DNA of 55,491 bases, counting the filler, from Dimargaris cristalligena (Eukaryota): the NCBI GenBank assembly GCA_003614675.1. It is 5 parts of 5 records of this genome, joined end to end, with 100 filler letters (N's around TTAATTAATTAA, not from the genome) between each part and the next. Parts side by side here need not be neighbours in the genome. Positions count along the whole stretch, not along the records: positions 22,274 to 33,290 come from ML003132.1; positions 33,391 to 44,400 come from ML003133.1; 3 more parts are not named here. The stretch is one strand, 5' to 3'. The notes under the pieces are model-generated. The model had not been told where the DNA came from, made no database searches, and saw nothing but the letters and a program-made list of their open reading frames with translations. A program made the translations under genes and the position numbers. Positions 23,870-34,728 of the stretch are shown here, piece after piece (position 1 is the stretch's first letter; the number at the start of each line of letters is the position of its first letter).

Positions 23870-26800
23870 GGTGGTGGTGGGATGGGTAGGGAGTGAAAGG
23901 AAAAAAGTGTAGTAAAAGTAATAGGATTGGGAATTGAAGCGGCTTAGAGGGAATAGGGTGGACTGTAGTGATGATGGAATGATTCAAGTCGGACTGAAGA
24001 GTCCATTGGGGGAGGCGAGGGCTGCTTTTTATATGCTTGTCAAGCCACTTCTTTCAAAATCTAGAAATGGGCGACCTGCTGCTGATGAGGCCCATGCAGG
24101 CGATACAAGGTCGCTTTGCCTATGGAATCAAAGATCAAAGTACTAGCACAGAGCGCAGTCCCATTTCCGTAAGTTTCATAAACACCAGCTGTAGGTTTGA
24201 TGGTAATCCAGTACTTCACAAGTGGTCAGTGCCGGTTTAATCACTTTGATGAGACGGGTTCTGGATGAGAGACTATTCGGCCATGCATGCAGTTGGGGTA
24301 CATCCTGGCCATTTAATCAACCACGCTCAATCATTTTGGAAACGTTCCGGAGCCTTTGGTGGTCTCTCCAGTGCCATTTGCCGTGCCAGGCTTGTTGCCA
24401 TGAAATATTTGATAAATAGCTCTAGTTTGTATTATAGGGTCTGGTCAGGCTATAGACTGTACAGATCTTCCCTTTTTGGGCATGATGTTAGTAGAGAGGG
24501 GGGGGTCAAAGTTCACCACATCAATGGCCCATGCCATCAACAAGGTGAGATCAGTGTGTGGGCTGGAGCCGACTGATTTTACTCGCACGGCGGTTCTCCC
24601 GTAGTCGGGGCTGCCTCATTCAAAGTGATGGTATAAATATTAATAATTATATATATATATAATTGAAAAATTGAGGGGCCTGCAGAAAAGAAGCGCATAT
24701 AATATTTTAATCGATCGTTTATGTCGTATTATTGGGGGATGGAGTAACTCGTTATATCTGTAATTCCGAGGAGAAGCGCCAACATATAGAATTTGGCAAC
24801 ATTATTAGCATCTGTTGACATTGGGGGATGCATTAATGGTGGTTTCTGTCCGGGTGTTACGCTATGTATATTTTTTTATGGATATTATCATCTAAAGTAC
24901 CTTGTTTACAGAGATTGCGGTTGATATACAATAAAAGGAAAAGACACCCATAGTATAGGCATTGCTTGCTTGCTTTCTAATGTTGCTCGAGTGACAGGTA
25001 AATTTATAATTGGGTGGTGGCAGGCCTGGCATGTTTAGAAATTGTAAGCTGAGCTGGATTTTGATCAAGGGGCTCCCATGGTGTGTGCACTTCTGTTCAA
25101 TCTCATGCGATGTCTAAACCACATTTTCATAATACATACACTTAAACTTGCCGTGATATTGTCGGCTTCATACTACTATGAGGGACTGGTTAGAATATTG
25201 TAGAGATGGGGCATCCTTTGGGGCCGTCTTCAATCTAACCTTCTATAATTCGGGGGCCCGATATTGGCCAGGTTATTACTGCTTTATCCTGACATCACCC
25301 CCAAGGATTGACCCGGCTTATTACCTCAGACTGGTCGATCTAGTGGCACAGGTAGAGACCATACGTAATTCAGAATTATAGCCCATGGTATTGGTGCCTC
25401 TAAACTTATGAAATACAAAGTAGCCTTCCACTATGCCCGGGCAGTATGGGCGAAGAGAACTATGGTAATACCCAAGGCTTCATAGGAATGAACCGGTGAA
25501 ATGGTGAAGCCATACGCTGGTCAGTTTGTTATAGGCACTTTTAAATATATATTATGAGTTGATTTTTTCATTATAGATTGTGCGAGATAGACTATCGGAT
25601 ATGGACTGAGTTGAGGGCTGTAAAAATTTACAGTTAGATGTTGTAGGTAGTTAGTGCTCTACACCTTTTGTCCAATCGCCGTTTGGAAGTGGCCACACCG
25701 CTTTAGCGAATTATCGTCAGGTTTTTTTTTGAATCTCGCTTGAGGGATACTTTAAAGTGTAAATTATTTGTCCGAGCGCTTATTGGTGGGGCCCTACCGA
25801 CACAGGCACTGGTCAGCTCAAGGCCCTTAGACCCAAGGTCATATAATCCAGGGGTTTTACAGCCTAGTTATGGTATCGTTCTCTGACAAGTTCTTGTAAT
25901 TGACAATGTACGTGAAAATGGAGCCAGCCTACTATTATTTGTAGGTAGTTTGTTAGGGCTAGGGTACATTTCTGTTGGAAGTTGCTTTGCATTTGAACCC
26001 CTCGTGCTCATCTAGGAAATTTAATAGCATCTCTACTGCCTGAACTACCCCGAGTCATAGTTTGTTACATGCGGTAGTTAGTTGCTGGGTGAGCTCCCTT
26101 TCCCACCCACTGGTGTCGTGTGAATGGTTTTAAAAGAGCACAGCCTAGTTAGGAGTGGAGTGACGAATCGTATTGGCTAGTCTCCCTTTCTTGGGCATGT
26201 TCAATTAATGGGCCAGGCGAAGGTTAAGGATATTCCCCAACCAATAGCCCAGTGAGGTTCGCTGAAACCACTGGCTGCTTTAACCCGTACTGTCGGATCC
26301 ACGATCTATAGGCCACTATGGCTCCTCTCACCAGCTGACTTCGTCAGACCAATCATACTGGGGACGGAAAATGTGTCCTATGATGGATATCTTTTTCTGT
26401 GATATATATATTGCCCACTTACACCTCTACTATAACAATAATGCGTTGAACCTCTTAGAACACCCGACTTATATGGACTTTTGAGGGTTACCCACAGCAA
26501 CTTATGGTGCCTATTGATTTGACCGGAATACAACGAAAATACCCTTGTACAAATAAAAGTAAAAGCCGAGCCATGCCAGCAGATAGCCCAGGGCAACCCC
26601 GAGCCTTGAGATCTCGGCGACTGCTGACGTGGGCGTTTCTTGAGCCCGAATAATCGACAGCTTCCTTTATAATCCTCTGGCTTGGGGACCCCCGTTATGC
26701 TTGCTATCCTTTCCGGCCCATCATCCTTTATTATCAACCCTTCGCATCACGCGCATTTCTCACAGTGTCCAACCCCGTAATATCATGGAATTCGGCTGTC

Positions 26801-27296
26801 CAGCCCCACCTGTACCACCACCAGCCTGTCTGCTCACGCCACCATCCGAGGCATAGCAGGTGCACCAACAATAGTTGCCAACCTGCCCTTATTGCAAAAC
26901 CCCTGGCAAGTCGTGTAGTTCCAACGGATCCTCTCCCACGCTGTTGTGAGTGAGATTTACATTGTGATATACTTGGTATCCGCTACTTTATTTAACCTGG
27001 CGCGGCATCTCTGGAGTTCCGCAGGGAAACTTCTTTGATCCTCCCCACCCAGTGACGCACTCTACTTAGTCTGGTGGGCTGTGTTGACCTTTCTTGGTAC
27101 TCGTTTGGCCACCCCACTGGTCTTTCCTTCACCCACATAACAACAGCCTTATTGCTCTAGGTTCGTACCGCCTTTGAACTCTAGTTTTATCCTGTCCCGT
27201 CCCAATTCATTTCTATATACACTTCCTCTTTCTTTTCGCACCACACCACCCTCCCCTGTTTGGTCCATTCCAGTCGACTTTATTTCTGCCAGCACC

Positions 27297-29357
27297 ATGC
27301 TTCACAAGAAACTTAGCTTCATTAAGGAGCCCGCCGCCAACCCTCACGAAGGGCCCGTCTACCGCAATACCAGGAGCAAGGAGGGCCTGGTCACTAGCCC
27401 CATTGACGGCATCACCACCTTGTACGAGGTCTTTGAGTATGCCACCCGCACCTTTGCCGATCAGAAGCTCATGGCCTACCGCACCGTGCTCGACATCATC
27501 GAGGAGGACAAGTGGGTGACCAAAACCGTCGCCGGTAAGCAGGAGAAGCAGAAGAAGACCTGGCGGTACTTCAAACTCAGCGAGTACCATTGGTACACCG
27601 GTAAGGAAGTCCGTGCCATCATCGGCGAAATTGGGTCCGGCCTGCGCAAACTCGGTGTGACCAAGGAGGAGAACGTCAGCATATACGCCCCAACCAGTGC
27701 CGAGTGGCAGCTCTTTGCCCAGGGCTGTTTCCACCAGGGCATTGCCATAACCACCGCCTACGACACCCTGGGTGACGAAGGTCTCTGCCATGCCCTGAAC
27801 CAGTGCGAGGTATCGTATATTTTCATCAAGTCCGAACTGTTCGCTAACCTTGCCCGGGTGGCCCCTAATACCGAGAAGCTGTCCCACGCCATTTATTTCG
27901 GCGACTTGACCGAAGAGGCCCAGAACCACATCAAGACCATCCGGGAGACTAAACCCGGCTTCAAGGTCCATTCCTTCGAGGAACTCCGCGAGATTGGTCG
28001 CCAGAATCCCAGCGACCCCTCCCCGCCGCTGCCGAGCGATATGGCGTGTATCATGTACACCTCGGGCAGCACGGGGGCTCCCAAGGGCGTCAAACTTACC
28101 CACGCCAATATGGTGGCCACCCTTGGCGGGGCCTACCGTGTTCTCAAGCCCTTTGCCGAACCGGGCGACTGCCTATTGTCCTACCTGCCGCTAGCCCATG
28201 TATTGCAACTCATGGTGGAGTGTGTGCTCTACTCCCTCGGCGTGCAAATCGGCTACGGCACCCCCCGTACCCTAACTAACCAGTCGGTCCGTGATTGCCT
28301 GGGTGATATGTGCGAATTCAAGCCCACCCTGCTGGTCGGTGTCCCCCAGGTATGGGATACCATCCGCAAGGGGGTGCTCTCCACTGTCAACAACTCTAGC
28401 CCTCTGGTGCGCAACATCTTCCATATCGCCTACTATGCCAAGCTATGGCTAAAGAAGTACGGTCTGCCGACGGGTCTGCTCGATCGCATCGTTTTCAAAA
28501 AAATCCAGGCCCAGACTGGGGGCCGCCTTCGTATGGCCCTCTCGGGTGGGGCGGGCATTTCCCAGGACAGCCAGGAATTCTTGTCCACCACACTGTGCCC
28601 CATTATTCAGGGCTATGGCATGACGGAGACCAGTGGCATTATTGCGCTCATGGACCCCTCTTGTCTCTCCCTGCGTAAAGTGGGACCCCCTCTGCCCAGC
28701 GTCGAGGTTAAGCTGGTTGACGTACCCGATACGGAGTACAAAGCCAGCGAGGGCCGCGGCGAGATCTGGGCCCGTGGGGCCGGTATCACCTCCGGTTACT
28801 ACAAGCAGGACGACCTGACCAAGGAGGTCCTCACGGAAGACGGGTGGTTCCAAACCGGCGACATTGGCGAATGGCAGTCTGACGGTCAGCTCATGTTGAT
28901 TGACCGCAAGAAGAACTTGGTTAAACTGGCCCACGGCGAGTATATTGCCCTCGAGAAACTCGAATCGGTCTACAAAACCGCCCTGTTGGTGGGCAACATT
29001 TGCGTCTACGCCGACGGCGAACAGACTCGCCCCGTGGCCCTGGTCGTACCTGACCCCAAGGGTCTACTCCGCTACGCCGAAAATAATGGTCTACTGCAAA
29101 AGCTCAATACCACCGACCACGAGCATGATCTGGAACACCTGGCCCAGCTCCCTGAAGTGCACGCCGCTGTCCTGAAATCCTGTGCCGAGGCCGCCCGCCA
29201 AAATAGCCTGTCCGCTATTGAACAGCTGCAGGACATCTACGTGGTGCCGGGCGAATGGAACTCCGAGAACAGTATGCTGACCCCCGCCCAGAAGTTGAAC
29301 CGCAATGTCGTCGTCAAGGAGTACATGCCTCAGATCAATAAGATGTACGGGAAATAA
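27297..29357 (+). CDS. Long-chain fatty acid-CoA ligase (FAA1/FAA4/ACSL3-4 type), 686 aa, coding region intronless
   Basis: AMP-binding motif IMYTSGSTGAPKGV, YLPLAH, QGYGMTET, GWFQTGDIG, IDRKKNLVKLAHGEYIALEKLE. First ATG is in CACCATG context at 27297; the ORF track starts earlier at a TTG. Confidence 0.95.
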   Translation: MLHKKLSFIKEPAANPHEGPVYRNTRSKEGLVTSPIDGITTLYEVFEYATRTFADQKLMAYRTVLDIIEEDKWVTKTVAGKQEKQKKTWRYFKLSEYHWYTGKEVRAIIGEIGSGLRKLGVTKEENVSIYAPTSAEWQLFAQGCFHQGIAITTAYDTLGDEGLCHALNQCEVSYIFIKSELFANLARVAPNTEKLSHAIYFGDLTEEAQNHIKTIRETKPGFKVHSFEELREIGRQNPSDPSPPLPSDMACIMYTSGSTGAPKGVKLTHANMVATLGGAYRVLKPFAEPGDCLLSYLPLAHVLQLMVECVLYSLGVQIGYGTPRTLTNQSVRDCLGDMCEFKPTLLVGVPQVWDTIRKGVLSTVNNSSPLVRNIFHIAYYAKLWLKKYGLPTGLLDRIVFKKIQAQTGGRLRMALSGGAGISQDSQEFLSTTLCPIIQGYGMTETSGIIALMDPSCLSLRKVGPPLPSVEVKLVDVPDTEYKASEGRGEIWARGAGITSGYYKQDDLTKEVLTEDGWFQTGDIGEWQSDGQLMLIDRKKNLVKLAHGEYIALEKLESVYKTALLVGNICVYADGEQTRPVALVVPDPKGLLRYAENNGLLQKLNTTDHEHDLEHLAQLPEVHAAVLKSCAEAARQNSLSAIEQLQDIYVVPGEWNSENSMLTPAQKLNRNVVVKEYMPQINKMYGK

Positions 29358-32270
29358 GTGCTGCCGCATTCTACGCGCTCTTCCGCTGCAGACCGTTGTG
29401 TGTCTTGGGTGCTCTATCTTCTTAGCAGCACATTCCCACACCCACACCCTTCCCCGCCTATCGTTGTCCCCATCTAAATAATCCCCTCCCTAATTTGCCA
29501 ATTTCCGAACCTGCCCCACTTGCTCGCGGGTTCTCACCTTCAATTCATAGGTAATTTTCCTAGCAGATGGCAATAGCCAGTCGTGCTTGTACGCTTTTTT
29601 TTGTCTGTTTGTTTACCCCCCCTTCTATTCTATCTATTAAGTAACTAGTCCAAATTATTGTACCGATGCACCTCTTCAATCTTATTTCTAATTATCCCGA
29701 CATACGATTGTATTACTTCATTTAGGCCGCATTTACCGATTGTTGGTATATTGGTTCGTTATGAATAAATCCTATTTTTTACAGTTTTGGATTGGCAGTA
29801 AATATTCGGGTGAATGATGGCGAAATACAGCAACGGTCATAATGTTTTAAGGCCATAGATTCACGTACACGCGGAAGCCGTATTGTTGAGGATTAGGAGG
29901 GGCCTTTCAGCCAGTGTAAAGAGGTTGGCATTTTACAATTAGGAAATCATGGAAATAGCTAAAGAGTAATCTTTTTTTGTTGTTTTTGAGCGTGAACCTA
30001 ACTAATAATGTAGAGGCCAGTATGCTCTTATGACTTAACCTCAATGTGAATTGGGCCACAATGTGGTAGCGAAAAATGTACTAAAACGCGTCCATAGGGA
30101 ATGAGGGAGGAAACAACATACAACTATTATAATAAATCTCAGGTAGTGGGGCGGCATTAATGAAGGATAATATACAGAGATAAAAAGTGTGAAAAAAATA
30201 TATATACAAAGCAATGATAAATAATTCGGATAGTATAGCTCTTGTCGGGATGGACGGACTGGACCTTTACCCTTATTTATAAGACATCAAGGCCAGAGGA
30301 CCCTCCAAGCCAGTCCGCCTTGAAAGAAGAAAGTGAGACTTTTAGAGTATCCCGAGGTTGCCAATAACGTAATATATATTAGTAAAATGGCCAGCCTGGT
30401 CGAGATTAGCCGACATCAGAATAATGCTCACATAATGCCAATTAATAAAGTGATGGCTCATCCCAAAGCAGCGGAATGGTGTTGTTTTTCTTGCATAAGA
30501 TGAGTGTGGTTGGGTATATTATAATATAGGTGAGCGCAAATGCCCTTTACACCACACTCCTTAAAGGATGACATAGCCCTACGGCCCCCCCTTTAATACT
30601 GTTACGGCCCGTTCCAACCATAATAAAAATAAAAACACAGCCTGGAAAAGGGCCTTGGGAAATCCCAGTACACTGCGACCAATTAATTACCTCGTTGTCT
30701 TTAAAAGCCTAACCAGTGGACGGAAATGCCATGCCTAATCATAGATCGGTTATTGGATGGTGCTAGTTGGGATTAAAAAGATGATCCATGTTTATCACAA
30801 CAATTTACTAATGTGAATTTCCCCTCCGTTCCGCGCCTGATTGTAGATAATCGGCGTGAATCCCGCCCTATCATTTACCAGTCTTCTCAATCGCATTTAC
30901 ATGCAATGCACCCGCAATGAGGACGAGAACATAGAGGAGGAACTGCCTCCCTCGATGCTGGAGGATACGCCGCCCATAGCAAATTCAAAGTATAGTCATT
31001 AAATTTCAGAAGGCCCTCCTCCCCCTAGTGCGTATAGGGTGCCTCTGAGGGGCAGTGATGCAGCGACTTCATATATATGCCATAAATTATCCCTAACCTT
31101 TGAACTCCGGAAAATTTTGAGCTTTTTGATGGGACTTCCCCCACCCAGCACGGATCTGGGCAGTGGTAGCTCTAGTCCTTTACTATTAATGGGCTTGTAG
31201 GTTCATGAGTATGGTAGTCGAAGGTAGAATAAATACAGGGATTTGGTGCCTTCGCCTGCATAGGGTTGATATTCGCAGAGCAAGATGACGAAAATCCACT
31301 ATTGTACATCTCGGTCACTGATCGGCGATAACCATTTGAATATCAAGAGAGCCATGGCAGAACGCCCATAATCCCCACCCATTTTTTACCGCGGCATGCG
31401 ATTTACACAGCCTCACCAGCTACCAGTCTTTTTGTCGCCCAAAACGCAGCAGGCGGCGATTTCTTCAGGTATACCTAGCCATTAGTATTGGATCGAAAAA
31501 TGCATCCATTTGGCGCTAATATTTATCTTAATCTGAAACAAAATAAGTCCAACTCCTCCGTGTAATAAAGAAGGCTCTGTGATTTCTTCAATGAGCCAAT
31601 CGATAATCAACAGGGATATCTGCTCCCCATTATCCCTCGGTCATTGAAATTCATTTCCGTTGGTCGAGGAAAGTTCAACTACAATTATCGACGAGGGCCA
31701 TCAGCCACTGCTAGCCTAGTCTACGCTCAAAGACATCGAATGGTAATCACCTTCTCAAACCATTATAATGGCTTATTCTCTTTGTCCAACTCGTTGGTAT
31801 ATCTTTCATGCAGCGATCTGTAGGTCAATTTAGTAAATTGATACTCGAATGATATGGGCGGAGGGGGCTACAACGGAGCAGGCGCAAAAAGTTGGGATCG
31901 TGCCGGATATAAACAGAGTGGTGCATTTGATCTAATTCCATGACAATCCCGGTCAAATAGCTTAACCAATGGCCCGAGTGGTAATACTATATAAATAGGC
32001 CATCCTTCTCAGTAACGGAATGCTCAATAGTACCTCATCGGCCAGTCACTGGCTAATTTCTATGATATATTACTTGTGAATTCCATAATCTCTTTTCTAG
32101 GCAGTTCAATGCTCCGACAGTAATCCATATGAGCAGTTTTATAGTTTATAATTCGTACCGAATTTCACAAGCCTCGGTCCCCATTGCAATTTTTAGTTCC
32201 CCTACAATATCTTAATACGTCCCACTTTTCCCTAGTTGTATTACGACCGCCTCAAAACCTACATTAGAAA

Positions 32271-32792
32271 ATGATGATCCTATCCGTTCGCTTCTTATCG
32301 CTGGTTGGCTTCACAGTGCTCCTTCTAACCGTAGGCTGGTTACCCGCTCTTCCAACCGCGACGGCCACCCCGGTGAATCAGTCAGGGTCAGCGGCCAGCT
32401 ACCCGCGCCCGATAACCCTGGTCCAATTGTGGGACATTGTAAGGTCGGGGTTTGAAAGCCTCCTTTCCCAAACCACCGCCGGTGATGACGGTAATAGTCC
32501 CGACCAATCTTCCCAACCGACAACCTCCAGTGCGGCATCGACCGATGGGGTGTCCACGTGCACTTCGTACCAGGGAACCACCACGGTTACCCAAGCGATA
32601 CTCACGTTGGCCACCACCACCACCCCGCATAGCAACGATGATTCCAGTAGGCAGCTGACTACGGCCACGACGATTCCGCCCCCATACACATCTGCCACTT
32701 CTAGGACTATCCGGACTTGCGCGGTCCCTCCCAGGTCTCAACTGGCCTCTAGCCCAAACTTGGACCCATCACCAACCCCCACGGTCCCCTAA
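32271..32792 (+). CDS. Putative secreted Ser/Thr/Pro-rich protein; frame continues past two TAA stops to 33143 (possible pseudogene)
   Basis: Signal-peptide-like N-terminus MMILSVRFLSLVGFTVLLLTVGWLPALPTATA followed by an S/T-rich body. ORF 32886..33143 is in the same frame. Confidence 0.6.
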   Translation: MMILSVRFLSLVGFTVLLLTVGWLPALPTATATPVNQSGSAASYPRPITLVQLWDIVRSGFESLLSQTTAGDDGNSPDQSSQPTTSSAASTDGVSTCTSYQGTTTVTQAILTLATTTTPHSNDDSSRQLTTATTIPPPYTSATSRTIRTCAVPPRSQLASSPNLDPSPTPTVP

Positions 32793-33290
32793 CCAACCTC
32801 CATGGGTATACTTATTAATACTGATTCCATTAGAAACGGTCCAACAGTTCGATAAGCTTATTGTTGGATCTCAGTAAAAACTGAGGTGGTTATAGGCTGC
32901 TTGGCCTTAGGCACCTGTGGTGGAAAGCCGTTGCCTTTAGGGGCGAACGACTTCGCTGGTCGTGGCAGTATGGAAGCAACGGCGCCTTTTCTTGACGGCA
33001 GGTATATTGACCCAATCCTCTATTCCGGCTACAAATTCTTGCGCTCCAAAGGGTCTCTCAGCTCCCTGCTCACCTATTCCAGCATGTCGGTCAATGATTT
33101 GAAATACGACAAGCCCGTTTTATGCCTTTGTTTAATGGGGTAGTGTGGCCTGAAAACGGGACTAATACTGATTGTGTCTGTATTGAGAACAAGCCCAGTT
33201 CCTACGGTAATGGTCGCATTGATTAGTATGCCGCGGACTGATTGAACTGGGTAGCCCTGGTTAGGAAGGTAAAGTAAGCTAAAGTAGACT

Positions 33291-33390
33291 NNNNNNNNNN
33301 NNNNNNNNNNNNNNNNNNNNNNNNNNNNNNNNNNTTAATTAATTAANNNNNNNNNNNNNNNNNNNNNNNNNNNNNNNNNNNNNNNNNNNN
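33291..33390. other. Artificial contig spacer N44-TTAATTAATTAA-N44
   Basis: Identical to the other spacers. Confidence 0.98.
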
Positions 33391-33445
33391 TAAAACCCAC
33401 CCCGCCCTCCCGCCTTCTCCCCCCTACTTCCACCCTCCTCCCTCC
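33391..33445 (+). repeat. Left arm of a perfect 55-bp inverted repeat (partner 34674-34728)
   Basis: taaaacccaccccgccctcccgccttctcccccctacttccaccctcctccctcc is the exact reverse complement of 34674-34728. Confidence 0.95.
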
Positions 33446-33713
33446 ATGGTTCAGGGATACACTGCCATTATAGTATCGCACCACTTTGCAAGATTGGGGA
33501 GTGTCACTTCGTGAGTGGAAACAAAGAGAAGTGGGAATGCGGCCAGCTGCTGTTCAGAGTCCAGTGCATTGTAATTAACATATGGGAGAAGTTCATTCAG
33601 GCTGTATAATGAAAAATCCATTGGATGAGGCCAATATTACTGGTTAAAAGCTATTCTCACATATATTAGTCCATACACGTATTATGTAAAACCTTATACG
33701 GCTGGGTTGAATT

Positions 33714-34612
33714 TCACACATATGCCCATTCTTGTTCGATAGACTTCTTATAGTCCAAAAGCTGCTTAACCTTCGGCACTTCTGAACCAAACATTGGCTC
33801 GGATAGGTTAATTTTCGACCACAATTTACCAGTAAACACCGATGTCACAGCCGAACCATTCTCTAATAGAAAGTCCAGTTTGAGAAATTCGGGTATGTGT
33901 TTTAGGCTGGACGTATTACCTTGACTGATCACTTTCTGGATGCTATTATATTGCTGTGTTTTCTGGGTTCGTCGGTGAGATAAAATTCGAATTTGGCATT
34001 GAATAAATCGATAGATTAGAATGCGTGTTTGTGTGTTATGGCTAATCCATAATAAATTAGATTTAAAAGAAATTGAGCCGTGGTGTATTGTCATAATACG
34101 CACTGCCAACATTGGTTTAGCTGGGCAGCGAGTCATTCATCAGTAATATAAGCATGGTAAAATGCAATAATCTAGGTAGTATTTGGGCCAACATTAACTT
34201 TATTCAAAGGGTCGATGGGGCTCAATTTAGTTTCGGATGGGCCTATAGTGCTAATATTAGAAGTTTCTTTGACCGAGCGGTGGACGGCACTTTGTCTCTT
34301 CAGTCTAAAGGTAGGCTGTGGGTTGTTAGGCGCCAGGGCATTCTCTGCTTCGGAGGTTTTAATTTGATATGCGAGCGGCTGTTGGATGCCGAATCCCGTC
34401 GAAGCAACAGTGTTGGAATCAGTATCTGCACGATGGGAAACGTCGTCGTCACGGTTTCCAATATCCTTGCTGAACCATTCCTCTTCATCCAAGTTATCGG
34501 CCCTCACACTGTACCTAACAGTCTGACCATCCATTCCAGTTTTCGCACTGGGTTCAATGGTACGGGGACCGGGGGTGGATGACTGAGGGCGACTCGCAAC
34601 ATAAACGGCCAT
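33714..34612 (-). pseudogene. Disrupted hypothetical gene (possibly a secreted protein); several in-frame stops and a probable frameshift near 33960
   Basis: ORF 34612-34172 continues in frame as *IIAFYHAYITDE*LAAQLNQCWQCVL*QYTTAQFLLNLIYYGLAITHKHAF*SIDLFNAKFEFYLTDEP, then appears to switch at an A-run to TQQYNSIQK...IPEFLKLDFLLENGS...EQEWAYV. Confidence 0.55.
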
Positions 34613-34673
34613 GACCAGGCCGAATACGGAGACGGGGGCGAGGGGTGTTCTCTTATTGAGTGGTGCTACGGGA

Positions 34674-34728
34674 GGAGGGAGGAGGGTGGAAGTAGGGGGG
34701 AGAAGGCGGGAGGGCGGGGTGGGTTTTA
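34674..34728 (-). repeat. Right arm of the 55-bp inverted repeat; G-rich on + with G-quadruplex potential
   Basis: ggagggaggagggtggaagtaggggggagaaggcgggagggcggggtgggtttta. Confidence 0.95.

Noticed and set aside
27213..28103. 296-aa antisense ORF; likewise 23342..23896, 45980..46684, 48458..49195 and 37905..38345
   Set aside because: Shadow ORFs opposite GC3-biased real genes, with no independent motifs
32790..34174. Stop-codon reassignment (TAA/TAG to Gln) to explain the interrupted ORFs
   Set aside because: Conserved genes here end normally at TAA (RPE1, PGM, acyl-CoA synthetase) or TAG (RanGAP, dehydrogenase) and have no internal stops
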